Shown here piece after piece: positions 24,544 to 37,342 of a stretch of DNA of 64,000 nt. How positions within the stretch are numbered: the stretch's first letter is position 1; every line of letters starts with the position of its first letter. Source of the stretch: Utricularia gibba (lineage: Eukaryota > Plantae > Magnoliophyta); NCBI GenBank assembly GCA_002189035.1, contig CM007990.1, forward strand, positions 4,836,001-4,900,000, written 5' to 3'. A program made the translations under genes and the position numbers. The notes under the pieces were generated by a model. It saw nothing but the letters and a program-made list of their open reading frames with translations. It searched no databases and was not told the DNA's origin.

Positions 24544-26109
24544 ATGCTTCCCATAACCTCATCGACGGCACCCGCCGCTTCTCGTCAGGGGCGCCTCCTC
24601 TTGTGGACGGCGGTCATCGTCTTCGCTCTAATTTCCAACGTGAGAGATCCCGAACTCGGTTCTGTTTCCTGGATTGAGTGAAGTGAAGTAGCTCACTTTT
24701 CTTTGTGATAATGGATGCAGGTGGGAAGGGCCGGAGGAGGAGTTCAGTTTGGTAAAACCGAGGATCATCAATTAACTCCTAGAGCTTATCTCCTTCGTTA
24801 CTGGGAAGAGCATGTCACTGGTGGCCTACCCAAATCGGAGTTCTTGATGGATAAGGCGTCGCGCCTCACGGCGGCGCAGTACGCTGAGTTCTTAAAGGTC
24901 TCCGATGATCCGAAAGCCCTGTCGGAGCGGTGGCCGGAGCTTTGTGCACAGGCTAACCTCATGTGCTTTCCCGATTCTGTGGTAAGTGTGAAGAACACCT
25001 CCTTGGTTATCGCTTTCATTCTCTACAACGAGTACCGCAGGGGCGGCTCTCACAAAAATCAAAAGGTAACAAGCGAAGTTTCTTCTTCAGCTGATGGAAG
25101 TAATTACAGGATTTAATTTTAAAATTTAAATTAAATAAATCTTTTTTGTAAGAAAAAAACATTTATTTTTATTTGAATTATTTTTCTTCCATTTATTATC
25201 AGGAAAATATAAACCCAGAATTACTGGATATCGATTTCCAGAATTACAACAAAGGAGGTCCTAAGAAGGTATTGAAATTATGCTGCAGATTATTGAAATT
25301 GTATTTTATCTGGAAAAAATGCATTTTTTTTTCATATTTGAAAGTTGGTATATTGTTTTGGACAGCGGGAGAAGCCGATATACTCCGGCACCAAATTCAG
25401 ACGCTACAACGTGTACCACAAGGACGCGGACGGCAACAAGCGGGTACCGCCGGGCATATTCTTCAGGGAGGCGGCGCTGAAATCAGGGGCCCCGGTGCTC
25501 ATGCCGGACTTCATAGACAGAAAGCCCATAAGGTCATTTCTGCCGCGCCGCATCATCTCCAAGCTGCCGTTCTCCTCCGACAAGATATCCGATATCAAGT
25601 TTATTTTTCATGCACAAGTCGACTCAAGCAAGTCCAAAATGTTCACAGAGGCAATCGAGGATTGCGCGCGAGCCCCTAACCGGGGCGAGACGAAGCTATG
25701 CGTGGCGTCGATCGAGGACATGATCGACTTCGCCACGATCGTCCTTGGCCGAGACGTGGTTGTTCGAACCATGGATGGTGCAGCAGGCTCCAATGCCACG
25801 GTGCTGCTGGGTAACGTCAGAGGAATCAACGGTGGAAGAGTGACCAAGTCCGTTTCGTGCCATCAAACCCTTTATCCCTACTTGCTCTACTACTGCCACT
25901 CCGTTAATGGCATTCGGGTCTATGAATCCGACCTCCTGGATCTGAAAACGAAGGCCAGGATCAACCATGGGGTTGCTGTTTGTCATGAGGATACTTCTTC
26001 CTGGAGCTCGAACCATCCGGCTTTCGCCGCCCTGGGCTCCGCCCCGGGTGAGATCGAGGTCTGTCATTGGATCTTTCAGAATGATCTGACATGGGTGGTT
26101 GCAGACTGA
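24544..26109 (+). CDS. BURP copy E (~416 aa)
   Basis: Exons 24544-24639, 24721-25065, 25203-25268, 25366-26109, all phase 0. Cores FILYNEY, FQNY, FRRYNVY; intact BURP domain. Confidence 0.88.
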
Positions 26110-26394
26110 GCGCAAGAATGTAGAAATAAATAAGTCTTATGTTGCTTCAATGAAAGCTCAAGCTCCCAATGTGGTGTATGATTAAAGCATTATGAACTAA
26201 ATATTTAAGAGATATTGAGTATGATGATGGCCACACATGTGACCTGCGCAATCAATGTTTCTATGCCCGGCATCGCGACAAGAAACAACAGAGGACATGA
26301 CGGCTCTTGGAGACCGCCCGCCACCTAAAGCAAATTAATTGGAAAGCCTATCGCGAGCAACGCTCAGTTGCTTGTTTCATCTCTTCACCCAGCA

Positions 26395-26420
26395 ATGGCG
26401 TCTGATCATCCACTCCACCA
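26395..26420 (+). pseudogene. Truncated stub of a BURP H-type gene (first ~9 codons)
   Basis: 26110-26420 is colinear with 38905-39215, including ATGGCGTCTGATCATCCACTCCAC, then switches abruptly into module Y. Confidence 0.75.
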
Positions 26421-26569
26421 GACAGCCAGCTACAAGGTGGCGTGTGGGGAGCAGCCACTTGGGCATTTCCATGACTGGGTCTTCCTTTGAACTTACCGTA
26501 TTCGTGTGACAAAACAATAACTTTTTTTATACCATCATTAGTAGAAGATAACACAATATGAGAATCAGC

Positions 26570-26928
26570 TGAAAGGATTCGTGTAGCCTCCGATCTCGAA
26601 GCCTTAAGAGGATTTCTGGGGTTTCTCGGATGAACACAAGAAATGTTTTATTTTATTCCGCACAAAAGAATTACATTGTTTGTTCCTAATTTATAGAGTA
26701 AAGGAATAGCTTCAGCCATTGACTAAGGACACGGAAAGAGGCTGATTTGCTTGCGGAATTTGTGGGGGTTTCCTTCTTTTGTTGTTTTCTTGCATCCTGT
26801 CCAGAATCAGTTCTTGAATAAGATTGTCATCTCCAGCGTTGATTGATTTGCATTCCCTTCCAAGTATAGTTACTCATCAATTGCTGGCTTACTTAGGCAG
26901 AGTAAAGTCTTCGCATCAGATTCTAACA
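26570..26928 (-). repeat. 3' LTR of copia element
   Basis: About 9 substitutions versus the other LTR by manual comparison (~97.5% identity). Confidence 0.95.
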
Positions 26929-29900
26929 CTCCTCCTTGATGGGAAGTGCTTTCCTCCTCCTCAATTTCAGGTGTTCCTGGGAGTTCTTGAAGGCCCATGG
27001 TGTCTCGGTGTTGACAGAAGCTTTTGGGATAGAGGAATTTGGTGAGTGCATCGGATGCTTGTAGTTCCGAAGGTATGTGCTCCAGGTGAATTATTCCAGC
27101 TTGTACATAGTCCCTTAGGACATGAAATTTCACATTTATGTGCTTGCATCTTCCAAACAGCACAGCATTTTTAGACATGTGAATTGCTGATTTGTTGTCT
27201 ATCTTGATGGTTATGGGTCTGGTCGTTGGCATTTTGAGATCATCTAGGATCTTTAAGATCCACACCACATGATTTGAGGCTGCTGCGCATGCCATGTACT
27301 CCGCTTCAGATGATGATTGAGCAACCACTTCTTGTTTTTTACTGTTCCAAGAAAACGCTGTTCCGCCTAGAGTTAAAATGTAGCCTGTTGTTGACTTGTA
27401 ATCTACTAGATCACCTGTGAAATCACTGTCTACATAGCACTCAAGTAGGGGGTTAGTGTATTTTTTGAAGTGAAGTGCAAAATTGATAGTACTCTTTATA
27501 TACTTGAGAATTTTAATTGCTGAATCAAAGTGATTTTGGTGTGGCTTTGTCATGAATCTAGAGAGATAACTTACAGCGAAGGTGATGTCTGGCCTTGTAG
27601 CAGATAGGTACATGAGTGAACCGATGATGCTTCGGTATATTCTTTCGTCCACTAAGTTTCTTGGGTCTGATATGTTTGCCTTTCCTTGCATTGTGTCGAT
27701 TGGGACTGGTTTTGCATCTGGTGAGATGGGTATTGAAGTATATTTTCCCTTGCTGAGCCTATATTTCTTGATGAGGTCCCTGCAGTATTTAGTTTGTGCT
27801 AGGGTGATATAATCATCCCCTTGTGTGATCTCCAGCCCGAGGAAATATCTAACTTCACCTAGATCAGACATCTCAAATGCTTTCATCAAGTTTTCCTTTT
27901 GCTGTTTGATGAGTTCTTGATCTGCACCTGTTATGAGTATGTCATCTACGTATAATGAGATAATTACCTGTGCTTTACCTGGTGTGTCTAAGATGTACAA
28001 TGTAGGATCGCTCTTGCTTCTTTTGTATCCGGTGATCAAGAAGTGTTTGTCTATTTTGGTATACCATTCCCTTGGTGCCTGTTTGAGACCGTATAGAGCT
28101 TTGTGGAGAAACAACACTTTCTCTTCTTCTCCCTTTCTCACAAATCCAGGGGGTTGTTGGATGTAGATTTTTTCTTGCAGTGTTCCATTTAAAAACGCCG
28201 ACTTCACGTCAAGGTGGTAAACTTTCCAGTTGTGACATGCTGCAAGTGCTAGAATGAGCTTAATTGTATCAAGCCTGGCCACAGGTGCAAAGGTTTCATT
28301 GTCCGAGTCCTTACTTTTGAGAGTATCCTTTCGCCACTAAACGTGCCTTCAACTTGTTTATTGTTACATCTGCATTCAGTTTTGTCCTAAAGACCCATTT
28401 GACTCCAATTGGTTTTCTGTCTGTTTTTTCAACTAGGCTCCAAGTTTGATTTTTTTCTATCATTCTGATTTCTTCTTCCATTGCATATTTCCATTCTGGT
28501 TGTTCCAAGGCTTTATTGACTGAATCTGGTTCTTTGTAGGCATTTTGCTTGTTTGTTCCATCTGCCATCAGCACATAATCTGAATCTGGGTATCTTGTTG
28601 ATGGAGTCCGTGTTCTACTGCTCCTTCTTGCTTCGGATTCCAGGTTTTGTGGTTCTGATTCGTGCACTTGTTCTAAGCGGCCATTTTCTCCCTCTGTTAT
28701 TTCATCTCCAGGAAGATAGATATCGTTTTGGGCATTTTCTACGGACTGCTGCCCAATAGGGTTCGTTTCACTGCTATCTTGCTCTTGATTTCTGCCTTCC
28801 TCTTCGAAAAACATAATTTCATCATTTCTTGTAGCAGCTCGATTTCCAGTTTCATTGCCTTCAGCTCCTGTGTATGCTGGCTCATCTATAATATTTTGAT
28901 TTGTTGTTTGTGTATATTCTTCGTCTGAATTTTCTGGAGTCTGGCTTTGCTCTTCAGATGCATGTTCATCATTTACTTGCTTGTTGTTCCAGTTTGGGAA
29001 GAAGTTCAGAATTTTGGTTTTGAGGTAGTCTCCTGTTTCATGGAACTCTTCTCTTGTTTCTTTCCAATTCCAGCCTCTTTCTTCATCAAATATCACATCT
29101 CTGCTGATGATGATTTTTTTTGTTGCGAGATCCAAAATTCTGAAGCCCTTTGTAGTGTTGCTGTAACCTAGAAATACACCAATTTGAGCCCTTTTGTCTA
29201 GTTTTGACCTCTTTTGCTTAGGGACATGAGTATAGCATATGCATCCAAACACTTTCAGGTGCTCAATACTAGGTACACGCTCATGCCAGAGCTCAAACGG
29301 TGTCTTATATTCTGATGTTCCTTTTGTTGGCAATCGGTTGAGGAGATATACTGCTGTATTTACAGCTTTACCCCAGAATCTCAAAGGAATTTCTTTTCCG
29401 TATAGGAGACATCGCGCCATGTCCATAACTGTCCTATTGCGCCTTTCGTTGACTCCATTTTGCTGTGACGTGTAAGGGGCAGTGAAGTGATGAATTATCC
29501 CTTCTTCATTGCAGAGGTTCTCCAATTCTAGAGCTGTGTACTCTCCACCATTATCAGATCTTATATATTTGATCTTCTCTCCACTTTGATTTTCTACCAT
29601 TGCTTTAAATATCTTGAAGCTTTGTAATACTTCTGATCTGTGTTTAAGGAAAAACACCCAACAAAATTTAGTGAAATCATCTACGAAGATAAGAAAATAC
29701 CTATTTCCTGATAGAGTTTCTGTTTGCATCGGTCCACACACGTCGCTATGAATAAGTTCCAATTTTTTTTTTGAATTCCAGGTTCCTTTTCCGAATTGTA
29801 GATGGCATGACTTCCCAACTTGGCATATTTCGCACACTTCCTTAACTGTGGGGAAGCTTGAGAGCCCTTCAACAAGTGAGTTTCTCTGAATTTTCTTGAT

Positions 29901-31437
29901 GGATGTGTAGTTGTGATGACCGAGCCTTTGGTGCCATTGTTTTGCATTTTCTTTTGCTGCCATACTTATCAAAATTTTTGAGTCCCTGCCTTCTTGTGGA
30001 GTTGACGTTCTTAGTGGAAATACTCTTCCTTCCATTGTGATGTTTAGAATCTCCTTGCCAGCTTGTGTTACCACCTTGCAGCTCTGATTTATAAACAGAA
30101 CATTCAATCCTTTAAGCATAAGTTGTCCCACACTGAGTAGATTATGTGAAGCTGAGGGGACATAGTACACATTTGATACATGCAGGAATGTGCTTCAGTG
30201 TCTAGTCGAATTGTGCCAGTTCCCAAAGCCTTGATATAGTTTCCATCTGCTATTTCTATATCCCTTCCATAGAGTGGCTGATATGATACAAAGATGTCAA
30301 AGTCGTTAGTCAAATGGTTGCTGCATCCACTGTCAATTAACCAAGTGTCTTTAGCTCTTAGGTTTGTTGCTGCTGCTAGAATTGTGTATTTGCGCATATT
30401 GTAAATATCAATGATTTCTTTTTCATTAGAAATGAAGGAGCTCATAGCTTTTGCAGTGTTCTCAGAGTTTTGAGACAGATCTTCATTTTCACTTGTTATT
30501 TTCTCTCTTCTCTTCGGACAGACTCTTTGTATGTGTCCCTTTTCTTTGCAGTAGTGACATATCTTCTCTGGATGCCAAAATCAGTTGACTTGGAGGTGAT
30601 TCTTCTGCTTGCAAAAGGGGCACTCGGGATGAGGTCCAATTCGCACCTTATGATCAGATTTCTTTTCAAAATTTGCTTTGAAGGCTATCTCCTTGCTAGC
30701 TCTTGATGCCCTTGTGCTGTCGGTTAATTCAGCATTGTAGAGAGCATTCAGAAGTTCCTCAGGGGTGTGCTTTTTCAATCCTCCAGAGGCTACAATAGCT
30801 GTTAGTGCTGTATCAAAAGAACTGGGCAGTGCAGAAATGATTCTGTTTTTAATTCTTCTGTCGTCGACTGTTTCTCCAAGCTTTGTGAGTTGCTTCAGAA
30901 TACTATGGAGATTTTCCGCCAGTGTTGTGATTGATTCCCCAGGTTTCAGCATCAGATTATCAAGTAGATGCCACTGGTGATTAATCTCCTTTTCAATTTT
31001 TTCTGGGTAGGTTTGTAAGCTTTGTTCAAAGCCTTCCATGCTGCAATTGGATTTGGGGATTCTATGAACACTTCATAGACTTCAGAGGTGACTGCAGCCG
31101 ATAAAATATTCATTCCTCTAAGTTCCTTGTCTTCTCTTTCTTTTATAAGTCTGCTCCTCTCCTCATTAGTTGCATTTTCAGGGATTGTTAGCTCTGCTTC
31201 AAATACATCCCAAGCCTATTGGCTTTTGAGGTAGAGTATCATCCGTAATGACCAGATTCTGAAGTCTTTTCCATCAAACATATGGAGTGGAATCAGAGTG
31301 TTGTTTCCAGCCATGTAATCTATAACAAATGAGGGGTCAGAAAACTGTTTCGTAGATAAGTGACTTACGCTCTTCTTGCAAATTCGTTGTGTTGGTTTTT
31401 TTTCACTAGTGAGATGAACATCCCATAGCTGTCACCA

Positions 31438-31796
31438 TGAAAGGATTCGTGTAGCCTCCAATCTCGAAGCCTGAAGAGGATTTCTGGGGTTTCTCGGATG
31501 AACACAAGAAAGGTTTTATTTTATTCCGCACAAAAGAATTACATTGTTTGTTCCTAATTTATAGAGTAGAGGAATAGCTTCAGCCATTGACTAAGGACAT
31601 GGAAAGAAGCTGATTTGCTTGCGGAATTTGTGGGGCTTTCCTTCTTTTATTGTTTTCTTGCATCCTGTCCAGAATCAGTTCTTGAATAAGATTGTCATCT
31701 CCAGCGTTGATTGATTTGCATTCCCTTCCAAGTATAGTTCCTCATCAATTGCTGGCTTACTTAGGCAGAGTAAAGTCTTCGCATCAGATTCTAACA
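31438..31796 (-). repeat. 5' LTR of copia element
   Basis: Matches 26570-26928; followed on the minus strand by TGGTGACAGCTATGGGA. Confidence 0.95.
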
Positions 31797-34404
31797 TCAG
31801 CATCAGAATGTTTCAAATGAGATTTGTACCTCCGTTGTTTATTCTTGAGGACATTTATATGATAGTCATGATTGATCAGTTTATTCCTAGTTTTTATCTC
31901 TACCTTTCCTCAATGTCAATGTAATTGATCAAGTGATACAAAGTCATCTTACGATCATATTGGTGAATCATGATCTTGTAATAATCTCATTCTTGTGACA
32001 GCTTGTGGATCATTGAATCAATAATGAACTCTAAAATTAGATTGATGCTATGAACAATCATATTGTATAAGAGGTGATGAAATTCGTTGATATGAACTAT
32101 CACCTCCTTATTATCACACATCTGTCAATTTCATATGGAGTCAGTATTTTTGCAGACTACATCTCCTATTAAGTGTATAGTGGTTTTAGAAAAATATTTT
32201 AAAAATGGTTTTATTATCAAATTTTTACAATTTTTTTAAAGAGTAAAAATTTAAAAACCTTTATCATTTTAAAAATCGGATGAAATCCAACTTAAATTTT
32301 ATTAAAAGGATTTCGTGAAAATTATTTTTCTCTTTTGGGACGATTGGAATCACAAATGATAGAAAATGCAAAAATAATAAATTTGAATGCATAAAAATTG
32401 TCAATTCATTATTTTTATTATACAAATATTAATTTTGTATAAAATGAAAAATATATTATTTAAAAGAGTGGTCGGCACCAAACAATCAGTGTTCACACGT
32501 TGTGATAAATGGACCTCACAGATTTTTTTTTTAATTTTTGATAAAATTAAAATACAGATTTGATGGTGTTGAAAATCACCATAATGGAGGAAAAGAACTA
32601 AAAGGGAATAAGAGACACCTAATGACAGGGGTCAAAATCAAACGACAACACTAAATCAATATTATGGAAAAATTTTGAAATAGTTTTTACTTTTCAAAAT
32701 TATTTTACAAAAGTAGAATTAAGAAGTAAAAATAAACAACACCTTATTTTTTATAAAATATTTTTTATAGTATAATTTTAAAAATATTTTTGATAGAATT
32801 ACTTTTACAATTAAAATTGTTCTATAATAAAACTATTTTTATTTCTGAAAAATAGAAATAGGTTTTAAAAATTTTTCAAAACATTTCTTAAGTTGTAATT
32901 ATAGAATGAAAGATATATTATTTAAAAGAGTGGCTAGCATCAAACATAGGGTGACCACAGGTTTTTATAAATTAAAATACACAGATTATTCTTTTTCATG
33001 TTTTTTGAAATTAAAATACAAATTTTTAATTAATAAAACAAAATAAATGAGTGGCGACAAAGTGGCTTGCCTATTGCTCATAAAACAAATTTAAAACATT
33101 TTAGACATATATATTTAAAATTATCAATTTACTAAAAGCACTCAATTATTTAAATTTAAATTTTTAGAAATTTGAGAGTCATGTAATTTGAAAATATATG
33201 CTAAATTTATTTAAAATCATTATTAATTTCTGTTGAAATTGAAGTGACAAATTTTAATTAATAGAATACAGGTATATAATTTTGAAAGTTGAAGTATCTT
33301 GTAAATTGAAATAATTTTCAAAATCAAGTTTTTTTTTTTTTTATTGGCTGCACAAATATGTTTTGATACTTAGGTTTTTTAACGTAGTACCTCGGACATG
33401 CATAAATTGCAAATCCAGCCCCTCTGGTTGGGCTATGCACATCAGAAACGTAGGTATCTCCCACTCAGAATGCTCCACTGGTTACGTCGTGTTGTTCTTT
33501 TCCGATCCGCAGCCGTGGCCCTCCAACCCGTCAGGATCATCAATCAACCAACACACACTTTGAAATGTATGTGAATGAGTTTCATGCGCTGACAGCAAGG
33601 GGCATAGCCAATGGGTCTCCAAACGATTCCACAACGTCGGATAAGGATTGGAACCTACAGCAGATCCAACTCGTTCCATGGCCTGCAACGGAGTTTGCAG
33701 GAGGGGTTGCCCCGAAAGAGAGGGACTGTAGAGGAAACCAACCCGCTGGTTGTATCTGATTGATCATGGGAATCTCCTATTAGAATAAATGATATCACGT
33801 CGATACTTGAAACTAAAAGAATCAATTATATAAAAACATGGTATTTTACTTTCATGTATGCTCGTTCGATTCATCGGATACTAGTTTTCATAATAATATC
33901 AAAATGTTTGTATTGATACATAAATTGAATAGTCAAGATGAATTTTGTATTGATATGAATTTAAATTAAAACAAAACAATGAGATGCATTAATCTTAGAA
34001 TACAAAAATTATACCGATATATAATTTAAGTATTAAAACAAATAATCTCAAATCATGAATTAAAATTAAAATAGTTAAATATATAATAAATCATATATCA
34101 ATATTAATTGATTAAATCTAATTTTTTCTAATATGATTTACATTGATTAAGTATTTGAATTTCATGCATACTTGTCCAATGCATCCAATCCTATTCTTCA
34201 CATTGCCGAACATGGTTCACGATTTTTGCATCTTCAATTTTTTGATTTTCTTCGATAATTTATGGGTAATCAATCACATGTCCATTTCCCCATGCAATGC
34301 ACGCAGCAGCCGCCACTGCCTGCCCAATGATACTATAAAGGAAAGTGCTTCGTTTCAATTCCTGTATCCTCACTTGGTTCCCCTTCTCTTCTCTACAATC
34401 GGCC

Positions 34405-35578
34405 ATGTCTGCCATATCCTCCGCCAGCGCCACTTCTCCTCAGCCGCTCCACCACCGGCTCACGTGGTTGTTCGTCCTCGCCTCCGTTCTGATCTCCAGT
34501 AAGAAATCTTTTTCCTTTACTGCGGCTTCCCCAAAACCCAAGCATTATTCTGTATTTAACGATTGAAGGTGGTCGGGTTATCGGAGTTGAGAACCTGTTG
34601 ACGCCCAAAGCTTATGCCCTGAGCTACTGGGAGAAGCACGTCACCAGCGGTCTACCCAAGTCTGAGTTTCTGATGGATAAGGCGTCCCCGCTCACCGCCG
34701 CCCAATACGCCGCTCTCAACAAGATCGCCGACGATCAGAACGCCCTGTCGGCGCACATGCCGGAGCTCTGTTCACAGGCCAACCTTATGTGCTTTCCTAA
34801 TTCCGCCGACAGCTTCGACTTCGACAACCGTGACTTTCTCCGCTTCTACAGACGTCGCTATGTCAGGATATACAAGAAGAGCCCGGGCGAGAATAAACAG
34901 GATACCAATAGGGTGCCGCCGGGGATCTTCTTCAGGGAGGCGACGCTGAAGCCGGGAGTCACGATAACCATGCCGGACTTCACCGACAAGATGCCGGCAA
35001 GGTCGTTCCTGCCGCGCGCCATCGTCTCAAAGCTGCCCTTCGCCTCCTCCAAACTGGCGGATATCAAGAAGATCTTCCACGCCGGAGATCACCCAAGCAT
35101 GTCCCAAATGTTCACCGAGGCACTCGACGACTGCGAGCGGGAACCCAACGCGGGCGAGACGAAGCGGTGCGTGGCGTCGATCGAGGACATGGTGGACTTC
35201 GCCACCCTGGTGCTGGGCCAGAAGGTGGTCGCCCGTACAATGGAAAGCAAGGCCGGATCCAACACCACTGTCTTGCTGGGTGATGTGAAAGCCATCAACG
35301 GCGGGAGATTGACCAAGTCTGTTTCTTGTCACCAGACCCTGTATCCCTACTTGCTCTACTACTGCCACTCCGTGAACGGCATCCGCGTCTATGAAGCCGA
35401 GATCCTGGATCCAAAAACCAAGTCCAAGATCAATCAAGCAGTGGCCATCTGTCACGAGGATACCTCTTCCTGGAGCGCCGACCACGCCGCCTTCGTTTCG
35501 TTGGGTTCCAGCCCCGGGAAGATCGAGGCCTGCCACTGGATATCCGGGAGTGATCTGACGTGGGTTATTGCAGACTGA
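34405..35578 (+). CDS. BURP copy F (~367 aa), B/C/D-type
   Basis: Exons 34405-34498 (94 nt) and 34569-35578. A -2 at the end of exon 1 and a -1 at the start of exon 2 cancel out. Core FLRFYRRRYVRIY; intact BURP domain. Confidence 0.85.
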
Positions 35579-35943
35579 GCAGAGATGACAAGTATGGAGA
35601 CCGTCCCGGTCAGAATAAGAGTGGTTTCCTTCGTTGTATGTACTGTACTGTGAGGAAACCACGTGGTGTGGTGCTTGCCTTGTGTTTCACCTGTATTCCC
35701 AAGCATGTCGTATGCCCATCTTGTAATATATGTGTTAATTAAAATCAATGATTGCTTTTGATGTCTACTAATCTCCCTTAGGGCTCCAGGGCTTCACCCT
35801 ACGCCTATATAAGCTCACATCAATATACAATTTATTAAAAATATAAAACAAATGCTAATACTTTCTTGAATACAAATAAGAATTAAAAATATAAAAAAAA
35901 TACATATTTTTACTTTTTATGATGAAATCACATATATCTCCCC

Positions 35944-36683
35944 TAAAGGTGTAATCCGTTTGAACCGGTTTAAGTTTTCATTCGGTTTTGGAACCTAAGC
36001 ATTTGTACGGTTTCAATTTCGATTCGATTTCATAAATTTGAAAACGTGAAACCATCGATTGAAATCCGTATGACTTCTACCAAATCGACCGTTAGAAACT
36101 ATGAACTGTTGGTTCATTTTTTAAAGGATTAATTTCCAAGCACTCATAAAAACTATTGTGTGTGTCTAGTAAACACATCCTTTTTTGAGAAGATTTGCTA
36201 ATTATTTATAATGATTCTTAAGAATGCTTATGATCAATTTTGTACACCCATAAGAATAACGACTATTATGGATGCCTTTTTTTATTATCGATTTTATAGA
36301 CACACATATTGATTTAAGAGTGCATAGGATCAATTTTAGATACTTATAACGATTGTTAATGATGTATAAAAATAATTTTACAAAATAGATATTCATTTTT
36401 GGGCATTCACAACGACTTGTGTGGGAGTCTTAAAGCATATCATTCATTTAAACATTAATTGTTTGGTTCTAGTTTAAGTTCAATTCAGTTCAATGGTTTT
36501 GATTACGATTTTAAATCAAAATTGTTGATCTTGATTCTGGTTTCGATTCAATTCAATGTTTCATAATTTTGATTCCAAACTTAAATCGAAACCATAGTTT
36601 ATAGTGAATCACAGCTTATGAACCAATGATTTGTTAAAACCATACGGTTCCAAACCCAAATCCAACGGTTCGAATGACCTTTA
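35944..36683. mobile_element. Non-autonomous hAT-like element upstream of BURP G
   Basis: Termini taaaggt...accttta, subterminal aaccg/cggtt motifs, imperfect 8-bp flanks (atctcccc/ctctcctc). Absent from the paralogous region upstream of copy E (~23870). Confidence 0.6.
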
Positions 36684-37342
36684 CTCTCCTCCGAGGACTG
36701 TTTTGTTGATTAGCAGCGAATGCGTCACGTGACAAACGAAGGACTGGGCCAGGCCCACCTTCTCTGTCCCCGTATGGGCCCAGTATAACGATCACGGGCC
36801 CCACATGCTTTGTGGCGGCTCAATATTGTTTTAGTGGTGGGACCCAATTTATTTTCCAACACTAAATCATGAATCTTGATGTAAAGCACCTGTCAAGTTG
36901 ATAACACACTAGATTACAGTAATGCTATGAAAATTTAAAATAATTCCAACAAATTTTACCACATATTTAATTTCTTTTAATTCTCAATTTTTGTATTAAT
37001 GCGTTATGTATTTTTGAACCACGTGCCCTATAACAGTTGTGTTGGGTGACGAGATAAGGTAAAAAGGAGCTTGGCCAGGCCGACGGGACGCCGTGATGCC
37101 GTACCATAATTCTTTTTATAATGAAGTATGTTATATTTAATATTTTTTAATTATTTTTTGCGTAGAAGTAAAATGATTTTTAAATATAACTTAGAATTAG
37201 ATCCATAGTTTTAAAATAGGGAGTGTTGGGCTGAAAATTAAAAAAAAAATGATTTAGTAATTTTCCCTACCGCTGGCTGCCACGAGTTATAAAAAAAAAA
37301 GGGTTGTTTCTCGGTGAAATCCACCCCCATCTTCTCACAGCG

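Larger units (their letters stand above)
23683..26420. repeat. Segmental duplication (E + H stub) paralogous to 35790-39215 (G + H start)
   Basis: Shared promoter, exon, intron and 3' sequence; 21460-21830 also matches 32170-32570. Confidence 0.9.
26570..31796 (-). mobile_element. Full-length Ty1/copia LTR retrotransposon, ORF disrupted
   Basis: 359-bp LTRs (26570-26928, 31438-31796; TG...CA), 5-bp TSD TCAGC, PBS next to the 5' LTR and PPT aaggaggag next to the 3' LTR. gag starts at ATG 31314. Zinc knuckle, protease (WLIDSGCSNH), integrase (HSDVCGP, IRSDNGGEY), RT (YVDDILI) and RNase H (ADALTK) occur in copia order. In-frame stops and frameshifts near 31215, 30450-30580, 30100-30170 and 28290-28310. 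Confidence 0.97.
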
